A stretch of 63,970 nt of DNA, counting the filler, from Candidatus Woesearchaeota archaeon (GTDB taxonomy: Archaea; Nanobdellota; Nanobdellia; Woesearchaeales; CG1-02-33-12): assembly GCA_018399355.1 (NCBI GenBank). It is 9 parts of 9 records of this genome, joined end to end, with 100 filler letters (N's around TTAATTAATTAA, not from the genome) between each part and the next. Parts side by side here need not be neighbours in the genome. Positions count along the whole stretch, not along the records: positions 33,150 to 40,166 come from JAGYOA010000044.1; positions 40,267 to 46,906 come from JAGYOA010000045.1; positions 47,007 to 53,031 come from JAGYOA010000047.1; 6 more parts are not named here. One strand, 5' to 3'. The notes below the pieces were generated by a model that saw only the letters and a program-made list of their open reading frames with translations, was not told the origin of the DNA and searched no databases. Position numbers and translations under genes: made by a program. This document shows, one piece after another, positions 38,960 to 47,844 of this stretch (the stretch's first letter is position 1; every line of letters starts with the position of its first letter).

Positions 38960-39136
38960 TGGGGCCGCCGAGACTTTCAAAAATGATTCCACTTTTTTGC
39001 GAGCGAAGCGAGCACGGTGGGCTTGAATTTTTAATTCAACGCCCGCCCTTGCGTGCCAACTGAGCGTAACCAGCTGTTTGAACTCGGGTTACCAGCTCCC
39101 CGAGCTGGAATGATAGCCAAACTACACTACGGCCCC
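38960..39136 (-). tRNA. tRNA-Pro(GGG) with 103-nt T-loop intron at 59/60 (38974-39076); unusual C33
   Basis: GGGGCCG/CGGCCCC acceptor, CCAGC-TC GGG GA-GCTGG, T-stem CCGAG/CTCGG; splicing gives TTCAAAT; intron ends TGAAAG as in tRNA-Val. Confidence 0.85.
38999..39076 (-). repeat. Structured element, copy 3 (inside tRNA-Pro intron)
   Basis: CAGCTG-GTTACGCT-CAGTTG GCACGCAAGGGCGGGCG TTGAATT-AAA-AATTCAA GCCCACCGTGCTCGCTTCGCTCGC. Confidence 0.9.
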
Positions 39137-39174
39137 AACAGAAACAAAGACAACCCTTTAATTTAAAAATCTTT

Positions 39175-40164
39175 TTATGAGGAAACAGAGCTTACATGCT
39201 CTTCCTTGTTCACTTTCATTATATTGCTCACAAAACTTTCTATCTTGTTTTCATGAGAAACTATTATCGACTGTCTTGCGTCGAGTTCATCAAATACATT
39301 TTTTACCTTGTCAAGCTGGTTTGTTGAAAATCCATCCGTTGGCTCATCAAGAATTATGATATCCTTTGTTTTTATCCCTTCAACAATATCATTTATAACC
39401 TTATTCAGAGCAAGCCTGTAAGCTAATGCAAGTGATGTTCTTTCTCCTCCGCTTAAATGCTCGATGCTTGTCTCATATTCATTCTGCTCTATCACTGGAG
39501 TAAATTCCTCATCCAATCTTGCGGTAATATTCTCCTCTTCCATTAAAATGTCAAACCATTTTTTAAACAATTCATTAAACTCCTGATGAACCTTAAGCAT
39601 TACCTGCCTTTCCATCATTGACATTAATTTAACAAAATATTCATCAATCCAATTCCTTAACTGCTTAAGATAATCCAGCTTGTTTTTTGCCTTTTCTTTT
39701 TCATTTATCTCTTTTTCAAGGCTTTCAACTGTTTTTTTAATTCCTTCGACCTCTTTATCAATCTCTGCTTTATTTATTTCAAGCTGCTTTTCATTTTCAA
39801 GAATTTGGTCATGCTCTTTTCTTATCTTTTTGTATTCATCCTCAATTGTTTCAAAACTCTTAAGTTGTTCATTCAAGCTTAATTTTTCATTATTTATTCC
39901 GCCTACTTCTCTTTTTAATGACGCAACATATCTTAACCTTTCCTCTATATTTTTTTCTTTTTCATTTCTTAAGTTTATCATATTTTGCTTTTCATTCAGC
40001 TTATTTTTTGAATCATTTATTTTTTTAAAAACTTCTTTTAACTGCAATATTGTCTTTTTTTCCTGTTCTAAATCAATAGATTTCAAGGAACCATGCTCTT
40101 TTTTTAATTCACATTCTTCAGAAAAAATATTTTCAAGAATCTTATTTTTTTCATCTATCTCTTT
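39175..40164 (-). CDS. rad50: Rad50/SMC-like ATPase, C-terminal part (5'-truncated)
   Basis: Coiled coil followed by LSGGE signature, IIILDEPTDGFS Walker B, IVSH. Confidence 0.8.
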   Translation of the reverse strand, partial: KEIDEKNKILENIFSEECELKKEHGSLKSIDLEQEKKTILQLKEVFKKINDSKNKLNEKQNMINLRNEKEKNIEERLRYVASLKREVGGINNEKLSLNEQLKSFETIEDEYKKIRKEHDQILENEKQLEINKAEIDKEVEGIKKTVESLEKEINEKEKAKNKLDYLKQLRNWIDEYFVKLMSMMERQVMLKVHQEFNELFKKWFDILMEEENITARLDEEFTPVIEQNEYETSIEHLSGGERTSLALAYRLALNKVINDIVEGIKTKDIIILDEPTDGFSTNQLDKVKNVFDELDARQSIIVSHENKIESFVSNIMKVNKEEHVSSVSS

Positions 40165-40166
40165 TG

Positions 40167-40266
40167 NNNNNNNNNNNNNNNNNNNNNNNNNNNNNNNNNN
40201 NNNNNNNNNNTTAATTAATTAANNNNNNNNNNNNNNNNNNNNNNNNNNNNNNNNNNNNNNNNNNNN
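40167..40266. other. Artificial contig linker
   Basis: N44-TTAATTAATTAA-N44. Confidence 0.98.
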
Positions 40267-41781
40267 AGTATAATCCTAATAGCCTTTATCTTTTTTATTT
40301 TCATTCTTCCAAAAAAAAGATTAAATATTCTAATTATTTTTCTTTTTGGTTTTTCATTATTTGTTGTTATTTTGTTAATTTATAATCTTTCAGTATTTGG
40401 CAATATTTTCACTCTATCTTATTATCACATAGATCAATCACCTAATGACAATAGAATAAATAAGTACGATGAAGATTTAATTGAGTTATGGAATCATAAA
40501 AATGAAACAATAGAATATATAAATTTTGATCCTTTAGTAAAAGAAAATCATTTTGTATGTGTTTATGCCTTAACCTATATTAATTCTCCTCAAATAAGAC
40601 CTTCTCAAATAAGAGTTGGAAGTACTGGAAATATAAAAATATGGTTAAATAATCAATTAATATTAAATGAAGAAGGTTTAAAAAAAGCAGTGATAAACCA
40701 AGAAATTAAAGAAGTAAAATTGATAAGAGGATGGAATAAATTTTTACTTAAGGAATGCAGATATATGGATGATTATTTTGAATTATTTTTTGTAATAACA
40801 GATGATGCTGGAAATATATATAGGGATATAGAATATAATGCTCTGATTAATGATACCAATAAAATTTTTGAAAGAAAGTCCAAAGAGGATGGAACCAAAT
40901 GGTTAATAATTGGACCTTTTGATTATATTGATGAGAACTACACACTAAAAAAAGGAGATTATTTCCCAAAAATTAATGATAGGGCAAATCCTCCTGAATA
41001 TGAAATCATTCTAAATAAAAGTTATTATGGGAAACAAGGAGTAGTTAAATGGCAACCTTTATCATTGGAAAATCAAAAAAAAACAGAAAAAAGTTATTTA
41101 GAAGTTTTTTTTAATGGGAGTCCTAATTTTTATTATTTATTTAATTTTTCAATTAGATTACTATTTTATCCTTACAGAGGTTTAATTTTTTACAATCCTA
41201 TTTTAATTTTATCATTTATAACTCTTTTTCTTATGTATAAAGAATATAAAAAAATTACATTTCTAATTTTATCTTCCTTTATTTTTCTTATACTCCTTAT
41301 AATATTCTCAACATTTATGTGGTGGGGGGGGTCTTCATTCGGTTCAAGATTTTTTTTACATATTATACCTTTTTTTATGCTACCTCTAATATTCATCCTT
41401 AAAAAGTTAAATAAAAATATGTTATTAATAATTCTATTTTTAAGTATTTTTATAAATTTGTTAGGTATGCAGGAATTCGAACAGATAATCACAATCTCAA
41501 AATGGGATAGACCAAATTCTGTAAAGGAAGTAACAAGAAATACATTAACACTCTATAATAAAGAAATTTATTCAATGAAACCATTAGGAAATCCTTTATT
41601 CACTTACTACATGCCTCTTTTCTTTAAATATGGCCCACGAAGCATACTAATAGAAGAAATGTTTGGATTTAGATTGCCTCCATTTCTGAATGTGTTTGTC
41701 TTGATTGTGATAGTTGCATTTATATGGAAAAAAGAGATATTCTTTAAAGAAAACAAAATAAGAAAAATATCAAAGAAATAA
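40267..41781 (+). CDS. Multi-TM GT-C-like membrane protein with inserted beta-sandwich domain (5'-truncated)
   Basis: LLFYPYRGLIFYNP, WWGGSSFGSRFF; soluble insert VYALTYI...IKIWLN...VKLIRGWNKFLLK. Confidence 0.65.
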   Translation, partial: SIILIAFIFFIFILPKKRLNILIIFLFGFSLFVVILLIYNLSVFGNIFTLSYYHIDQSPNDNRINKYDEDLIELWNHKNETIEYINFDPLVKENHFVCVYALTYINSPQIRPSQIRVGSTGNIKIWLNNQLILNEEGLKKAVINQEIKEVKLIRGWNKFLLKECRYMDDYFELFFVITDDAGNIYRDIEYNALINDTNKIFERKSKEDGTKWLIIGPFDYIDENYTLKKGDYFPKINDRANPPEYEIILNKSYYGKQGVVKWQPLSLENQKKTEKSYLEVFFNGSPNFYYLFNFSIRLLFYPYRGLIFYNPILILSFITLFLMYKEYKKITFLILSSFIFLILLIIFSTFMWWGGSSFGSRFFLHIIPFFMLPLIFILKKLNKNMLLIILFLSIFINLLGMQEFEQIITISKWDRPNSVKEVTRNTLTLYNKEIYSMKPLGNPLFTYYMPLFFKYGPRSILIEEMFGFRLPPFLNVFVLIVIVAFIWKKEIFFKENKIRKISKK

Positions 41782-42648
41782 CCACTTCGTGCTTTCAGCC
41801 ACATCCCAAACATAATGCTTTTTCTTCTTTATGTAAAAATCATAAATCCCAAGGAGCCTTGAGTAGGCCTCCAAAGTAATTGCGCCTAAGGCCCAAAACA
41901 AAAACAATGGCCTAAATTCCAAAACCCTAAAAAGTTTTTTAATTACCAAAGGCCATTTCATTGTGATTGTGTTATATTTCTTGCAATTTTTAAGTTCAAG
42001 ATGTCCAGCATATATCCTTCTCCTCTGCTTTATGAAATCTTTTACATTTGAAGGCCCTTTATTGTAAACAATCGCATCCTTGGCATAATAATCCTTAAAT
42101 CCTTTGTTCTTTATGCTCATTGCAATATGTTGCTCATCTACAGCTGTTTTAAGAATTTCATTAATCACATTTCTGAAGGAAATCATTTCTCCAAACTTAA
42201 CATTTTCCAATGATATCTCATGATGAAGATTCCATAAAAGGTGGACGGCAAATCCCATAAAGCTGTTTTTTTCATTTATTGGAACAGGGCGAGATGCGCA
42301 GATTCCAATTTCTTTATTTAAGAGCGGAATGCAAAGCCTTTCCACACAATCATATTTTGGGATTGTGTCTGCACTTTCCAAAACAAGAATCTTTGATTTT
42401 GCATTCTTTAAAAATAAGTTTATAGCTGAAAATTTGCCCTTTCTTTCATTCTCAGTTATAAGCTTAAGGAGTTTGTTCTCTTTGGAAATTCTCCCTACAA
42501 TCTCATTTGTTTTATCCTTGCTTCCACTGGAAACAACTATTATCTCCTTAATTTTAACCTTATCAATCTTTTGATTAATCAATGAATATATCAATCTTTC
42601 AATGTTTTTTTCTTCATTATGTGCGATTACTCCAACAGAAATTTCCAT
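41770..42648 (-). CDS. GT2 glycosyltransferase
   Basis: VGVIAHNEE, SGSKDKT, RKGK, SADT, QRRR. Confidence 0.88.
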   Translation of the reverse strand: MEISVGVIAHNEEKNIERLIYSLINQKIDKVKIKEIIVVSSGSKDKTNEIVGRISKENKLLKLITENERKGKFSAINLFLKNAKSKILVLESADTIPKYDCVERLCIPLLNKEIGICASRPVPINEKNSFMGFAVHLLWNLHHEISLENVKFGEMISFRNVINEILKTAVDEQHIAMSIKNKGFKDYYAKDAIVYNKGPSNVKDFIKQRRRIYAGHLELKNCKKYNTITMKWPLVIKKLFRVLEFRPLFLFWALGAITLEAYSRLLGIYDFYIKKKKHYVWDVAESTKWLFL

Positions 42649-42758
42649 AAATATTAAAAATTCATTTAATTTATATAATTTATCAAAAAAATATAAAACA
42701 AAGAATATGGCTTTTGATAACAGAAAAGATTATTAACAACTCCTTATTTATATAAAAT

Positions 42759-42935
42759 ATGAACAAAAAAGGATATATTGACCCTGGGACAGGAGGGATG
42801 ATAATAAGTGGAGGGATATGGCCAATAATAGTTGCTGTTTTTCTTTTCATAACTGGTTTTTTCTCAAGATATCTAATAAAACCAATAAAAAAAGGAGTAT
42901 TATCTTTATGGCAAAAAATAAAAGCAAAAAATTAA
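42759..42935 (+). CDS. 58-aa membrane microprotein with YIDPGTG motif (not in ORF track)
   Basis: MNKKGYIDPGTGGMIISGGIWPIIVAVFLFITGFFSRYLIKPIKKGVLSLWQKIKAKN; overlaps the start of the next gene. Confidence 0.75.
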   Translation: MNKKGYIDPGTGGMIISGGIWPIIVAVFLFITGFFSRYLIKPIKKGVLSLWQKIKAKN

Positions 42936-44836
42936 TAAGACTAATAACCTGCTTAGTGATAGTCATAATAGTTTTAATAATTATTTTAAGGCCTGCAAAT
43001 AAAATGAGCAATGCAAAATACAAAAAAGTGCTTTTGATTGGTATAGATGGTATGGACCCAAAAATAAGTGAAAAGCTTATGTCAGAGGGCAAACTGCCCA
43101 ATTTCAAAAAATTAGCAGATAATGGAACCTTTGTTAACCTTAACACATCTTACCCTCCACATAGCCCAGTCGCGTGGACAACAATAGCCACAGGAACTAA
43201 TCCTGGAAAACATAATGTATTTGATTTCATAAGAAGGAACCCTGAAAACTATATGCCTGAGCTTTCTTTGTCAAAATCAGCAAGTGGCCTGGCTGGAACT
43301 GAATACAGTTCTTATGTTAAATCAGACTCTTTTTGGAAATTAACAAGCAAGAACAATATCCCAACTGATGTTATCAGGTGGCCAGTAACTTTTCCTCCTG
43401 AAAGAATTGAGGGAAAGATGCTCTCTGGATTAGGTGTTCCTGATATAAAGGGATTTCTAAGTGGATACAGTTTTTACACTGAAAATGAAATTAAGCAAGA
43501 TGATACCTCAGCAAATAAGGTTATAAAGGTTGAAAGAGAAAGAAATTCAATAAAAACAGAGGTTTATGGTCCGAGAACAACAAAAAATAATAAGATTGTT
43601 GAAATAGCTGTTCCAATGAATATAGAAATTCTTGATGGAAAGGCAAAGATCAATATCAATGAAAAAAGCTATCTTGTTGAAGAAGAAGGCTGGAGTTACT
43701 GGATAAAGGCTGAATTTAAGGTTTCTATGATAAAAAAAGTTTCTGGAATATTTAAGGTGTATCTTAAAAGCACCAGCCCATTTGAGATGTATATTACGGC
43801 CATACAAATAGACCCTGAAAAGCCAGTTGTTGATATATCTTATCCAAAACAGTATTCAAAAGAACTTGCTGAAGAGATAGGATTATACTACACTCTTGGA
43901 GCACCTGAAGAAACAGGAGGATATATTGATAAAAGGATAGATGAAGAAGCATTTAAAAAACAAATATATCAGATTGAAAAAGAAAGAGAGGATATGTTTT
44001 GGGAAAGATTTAATAAGTTCAATGAAAAAGAAGAAGGCCTGCTTGCCTTTGTCTTTGATGCCTCAGACAGGGTGCAGCACTGTTTCTGGGAAGAAAAAGT
44101 TCTTGAAGGAAATGATGAGGAACTGTCTATAAATCCTTTTGTTGAAGAATATTTCATTGAAAAAGACAAATTTCTTGAAAAGGTTTTAAATGAAATAGAC
44201 AATGAAACTGCACTCATAATAATTTCTGACCATGGTTTTACATCATTTGAAAGGGCAGTGAACATAAACACATGGCTATATGAAAATGGATTTTTAAGTC
44301 TTAAAAAGGAAATAATAAATGAGAATGATGGAGCTTTGTTTAGCTATGTTGACTGGGAAAACACAAAAGCGTATTCAGTTGGATTCAACAGCATATATAT
44401 TAATCTTAAAGGAAGGGAAAGAAATGGAATTGTTGAAAACAAAGAACAGGTTGTAGATGAAATAATTAAAAAAATTGAGTCTTTTATTGATGAAGAAACA
44501 GAAAAAAATGTTGTTTACAATGCTTATAAATCAGAGGATATTCATTCAGGAGATTATATGAAAAATAGCCCTGATATAATAATTGGTTTTAATCCTGGTT
44601 ATAGGATGGACTGGAAGAGCCCTATAGGTGCATTCAGCAAAAAAATAATAGTTGAAAACAAAAAGGTTTGGGATGGAGACCACCTAGTTGACCCTACTTT
44701 TGTTCCAGGAGTATTATTCTCAAATATTAAAATCAAAAAAAATTCTTCTCACCAGGTTGATATTGCACCAACTGTCCTTGATATGCTCGGTGTAAAAATA
44801 CCAAAAAATATTGATGGAAAGAGTCTTCTTGAATAA
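42908..44836 (+). CDS. Alkaline-phosphatase superfamily (type I phosphodiesterase/NPP-like) protein, membrane-anchored
   Basis: LIGIDGMD, SPVAWTTIATGTNPGKHNVFDF, DRVQH, ISDHGF, GDH, DIAPTVL; GGAG RBS before ATG 42908. Confidence 0.9.
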   Translation: MAKNKSKKLIRLITCLVIVIIVLIIILRPANKMSNAKYKKVLLIGIDGMDPKISEKLMSEGKLPNFKKLADNGTFVNLNTSYPPHSPVAWTTIATGTNPGKHNVFDFIRRNPENYMPELSLSKSASGLAGTEYSSYVKSDSFWKLTSKNNIPTDVIRWPVTFPPERIEGKMLSGLGVPDIKGFLSGYSFYTENEIKQDDTSANKVIKVERERNSIKTEVYGPRTTKNNKIVEIAVPMNIEILDGKAKININEKSYLVEEEGWSYWIKAEFKVSMIKKVSGIFKVYLKSTSPFEMYITAIQIDPEKPVVDISYPKQYSKELAEEIGLYYTLGAPEETGGYIDKRIDEEAFKKQIYQIEKEREDMFWERFNKFNEKEEGLLAFVFDASDRVQHCFWEEKVLEGNDEELSINPFVEEYFIEKDKFLEKVLNEIDNETALIIISDHGFTSFERAVNINTWLYENGFLSLKKEIINENDGALFSYVDWENTKAYSVGFNSIYINLKGRERNGIVENKEQVVDEIIKKIESFIDEETEKNVVYNAYKSEDIHSGDYMKNSPDIIIGFNPGYRMDWKSPIGAFSKKIIVENKKVWDGDHLVDPTFVPGVLFSNIKIKKNSSHQVDIAPTVLDMLGVKIPKNIDGKSLLE

Positions 44837-44895
44837 GATAAAAGAAAGGTATAAATATTCATTGCATGAATTAAATCAAACTATTTGAGTCAAAT

Positions 44896-46275
44896 ATGGT
44901 AAATAAAGAGCTAGTTAAGAAAATAAGGGAAGACCTTAAAAAGTATAGTGAAGAAGAGGTAAGAAAAATACTAATTAAAGAGGACTATCCAAAAGAGCGA
45001 GCTGATAGTGTGATTAAGGCTGCTGTTGAAATTAATAAACAAGAAAAAAATAATGATAAATTAAGGAAAAGACCATTTGAAAAAAAGAAGAATAATTTAA
45101 AATTATTGGTTTTTTTTGTTATACCTTTAATATTGTTCTTCTCGTTTGTTATGGAAACAAAGAATAAAGATTTCAATCAAAAATTAACTTTTGAAGAATT
45201 AATATCCTTGCCTTATCTGGATTATTCAGAAGAAGATGCAGATGAAACCAAAAGAGGAGTAGTGCTCTATAATAAAGAACTTGCTTTTGATGGTTACAAC
45301 CTTTATGAAAACTCTTTAATAGATATGGAAGGAGATGAAATCCATTCATGGCCTTTTCTTATTTTTTATGGACTTATAGATAACAGAGGTAATATTATTT
45401 CTATGTGGAATGAAGAATCAAAGGAAATAATCAAGCGTGACTGGAGCTCTAAAAAGATATGGAAAAAAAATACAGAAGCCCATCATGACATAGCTTTTTC
45501 TGGTGATAACACTATTTTAGTGCCCTCTAGAAATGTATATAAATACAATAAAAGAGAAGTTTATTTTGATTCAATTATAGAATTAAATCAAGAGAAGGGT
45601 AAGGAAATTTCCAGATGGTCAACCTATGAACACCTTACTGAATTAAAGCAATTTCATAAGCCTTCTCCTTTGGATTATCTGAAGTCTTTTTCTGTTCATG
45701 AATTAGGCTCAGTAAAGGAAGGAGAGGATTATGATTATTATCATTTGAATTCAATTCAAGTGCTTCCTGAGACAGATTTAGGTAAAAAAGACAAGCGTTT
45801 TCAAAAAGGTAATTGGCTTCTTAGTTTTCGTAATGTTAACTTAATTGCAATTTTAGACAAAGATACAGAGAAAGTTGTCTGGAGTTGGGGAACAGAGGAA
45901 TTAGATAAACAACACTCACCAAGAATGTTGAAAAATGGGAATATATTGATTTATGATAATGGATTTAATAGGGGTTACACAAGGATTATAGAAATGAACC
46001 CAGTTAAAAGAGAGATTGTATGGGAATATAAGGCAAACCCTCCTGAATCCTTTTATTCTGAAATACAAGGCTATGCCCAAAGACTCCCTAATGGAAATAC
46101 ACTTATCACAGAATCTACCAAAGGGAGGGTTTTTGAAATCACTAAAAATGGAACAATTGTGTGGGAATGGTTTAATCCTCAAACAAAGGATGAAAGAAAA
46201 AGAAAAGTTGTATATAGAATGGAACGTTACCCTAAAGATTATATAGATAAAATAATTGAATTAAATGAAAAGTAA
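44896..46275 (+). CDS. Arylsulfotransferase (ASST) family protein
   Basis: LIDMEG..IHSW, HHD, YYHLNSI, QHSP, YDNG, AQRLPNGNTLITES. Confidence 0.85.
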   Translation: MVNKELVKKIREDLKKYSEEEVRKILIKEDYPKERADSVIKAAVEINKQEKNNDKLRKRPFEKKKNNLKLLVFFVIPLILFFSFVMETKNKDFNQKLTFEELISLPYLDYSEEDADETKRGVVLYNKELAFDGYNLYENSLIDMEGDEIHSWPFLIFYGLIDNRGNIISMWNEESKEIIKRDWSSKKIWKKNTEAHHDIAFSGDNTILVPSRNVYKYNKREVYFDSIIELNQEKGKEISRWSTYEHLTELKQFHKPSPLDYLKSFSVHELGSVKEGEDYDYYHLNSIQVLPETDLGKKDKRFQKGNWLLSFRNVNLIAILDKDTEKVVWSWGTEELDKQHSPRMLKNGNILIYDNGFNRGYTRIIEMNPVKREIVWEYKANPPESFYSEIQGYAQRLPNGNTLITESTKGRVFEITKNGTIVWEWFNPQTKDERKRKVVYRMERYPKDYIDKIIELNEK

Positions 46276-46327
46276 TGTACAATTAAAAGAATATCTATCT
46301 CAAAAATATAGTGAATTTCAAAATATA

Positions 46328-46402
46328 TAGCGGGGAAAGGATTTGAACCTTTGACCTATGGGTTATGGGCCCATCGGGCACTCCTGGCTGCCCCACCCCG
46401 CT
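46328..46402 (-). tRNA. Initiator tRNA-Met(CAT)
   Basis: A1:T72 (AGCGGGG/CCCCGCT), three G:C pairs in the anticodon stem, loop CC CAT AA, AAAGG TTCAAAT CCTTT. Confidence 0.93.
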
Positions 46403-46505
46403 GCAATAGTTGGGTTTTTATACTTGTTTATAAGTCTTTTGCATTATAAATGCTTAATAAGAAAAACAAAATAAATAAATAGATTATATTTAAAATATAA
46501 TAAAA

Positions 46506-46906
46506 ATGAAACAAAACAAAATAAGCAGTCAGATGAAGAAAATCAATATGATCTCATTTTTTATCCTTTCCTTAATTATTTTGTGTATTTATACTTTTTT
46601 ATATTACAATTTCGGGTTCTTGAGGTATGATGAATATGAAAAAATCTGTGAAAGCCTAAAAGATGATCAATCAATCAGAGAATGTTATTTTGAATTTGCT
46701 GAAGGTAATGAGAAAAGTGAGATATGCAAAAAAATAGATAATATTGATTCAAGGAATTATTGTTTTGCTGTTGTAAAAGAAAATGAAGGGTATTGTGGAG
46801 ATATTAAAGACGATAGTTATAGGGAAGATTGTTATATTGATATTGCTAAAGAGAATGAAGACAGTGAGATATGCAAAAAAATAGATAATATTGATTCAAG
46901 GAATTA
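46506..46906 (+). CDS. Membrane-anchored Cys-repeat protein, 3'-truncated
   Basis: TM followed by CY...EICKKIDNIDSRN repeats; 44-bp DNA repeat at 46716-46759 and 46863-46906. Confidence 0.7.
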
Positions 46907-47006
46907 NNNNNNNNNNNNNNNNNNNNNNNNNNNNNNNNNNNNNNNNNNNNTTAATTAATTAANNNNNNNNNNNNNNNNNNNNNNNNNNNNNNNNNNNNNN
47001 NNNNNN
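46907..47006. other. Artificial contig linker
   Basis: N44-TTAATTAATTAA-N44. Confidence 0.98.
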
Positions 47007-47007
47007 T

Positions 47008-47142
47008 GAAAATAATGAAATAGATGTATATGCAGTAATGATAAAACCAGACCCTGATACTTTTGCAACAAAATACATATGCTATTTAAAGGTTGATTCG
47101 GGAGATTATGAATCAAAGACATTTTATGTAACCATACAATAG
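47008..47142 (+). CDS. C-terminal fragment of a paralogue of the downstream lipoprotein
   Basis: ENNEIDVYAVMIKPDPDTFATKYICYLKVDSGDYESKTFYVTIQ* parallels KGNIEVFPLTINVTGDALPTQYKCRAFIGPENYATMAFGITV. Confidence 0.5.
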   Translation, partial: ENNEIDVYAVMIKPDPDTFATKYICYLKVDSGDYESKTFYVTIQ

Positions 47143-47242
47143 GTAAAAAAAGAGTACCAGATTACATTACAATCAAGAAAACACCCTAAATCAAAATATT
47201 TAAATAGAATAATCAACTAGATATAACAAAAAAGGTGATAAA

Positions 47243-47812
47243 ATGAAAAAAATAATTTTTCTTACTTTGGTATTAAGTTTGTTTTTGGTTTCAGGATGTG
47301 CTGAACAAACTGAGAATGAAGAAGATTCCAGTGAATCTGCAGATGTTGATGTTCAAGAACCTGAGGATAATACAGGGGAGGATTCTGATTTGACAGAACC
47401 AATTGAAGTAGTTGAAGAAGAAGAACCTGAACCAGCTGAAGCAAATGAATTAAGGGAGAAAATTGCAGACAGAAAAAATAAATTTGCAATGACAACTTCC
47501 TCGCTTACAATTGAAAGAAGAAACCAAGAGACTCTTTTCTTTGGATTAATGAACCAAAAAGATGAGGTATCTGACTTCACCTTTGAATTTTCATGTTATC
47601 AGGCAATGCACTCTGCAGCAAAGCCGGAAACAGACATAATTTTTGAATACACAGAAAAAATAGAAAATCTTGAGAAAGGCAATATAGAAGTTTTTCCTTT
47701 AACTATAAATGTAACAGGGGATGCACTTCCAACACAGTACAAATGCAGGGCATTTATAGGGCCTGAAAACTACGCAACAATGGCCTTTGGAATAACAGTT
47801 GTAAATCCGTAA
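47243..47812 (+). CDS. Putative lipoprotein
   Basis: Lipobox LVSGC after a hydrophobic stretch; acidic linker; GGTGA RBS. Confidence 0.75.
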   Translation: MKKIIFLTLVLSLFLVSGCAEQTENEEDSSESADVDVQEPEDNTGEDSDLTEPIEVVEEEEPEPAEANELREKIADRKNKFAMTTSSLTIERRNQETLFFGLMNQKDEVSDFTFEFSCYQAMHSAAKPETDIIFEYTEKIENLEKGNIEVFPLTINVTGDALPTQYKCRAFIGPENYATMAFGITVVNP

Positions 47813-47844
47813 GTTATATAAACTTTTTAAAATCATTCTAGTGT

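Noticed and set aside
38753..38992. ORFs 38807..38992(-) and 38753..38947(+), and the 5' extension of the GNAT ORF to 38907
   Set aside because: They run through the tRNA-Pro exon and/or the palindromic element; the GNAT ATG at 38856 is more plausible.
38879..39013. GCGAGCGAAGCGAGC repeated 120 bp apart as a possible CRISPR array
   Set aside because: Only two units, the spacing contains a tRNA 3' exon, and no cas genes are present; explained by the structured element.
42818..42907. ORF-track N-terminus MANNSCCFSFHNW of the phosphodiesterase
   Set aside because: It overlaps the YIDPGTG microprotein in another frame; the RBS supports ATG 42908.
46716..46906. 44-bp exact direct repeat
   Set aside because: In-frame coding repeat of a Cys-repeat protein at a contig end; ordinary.
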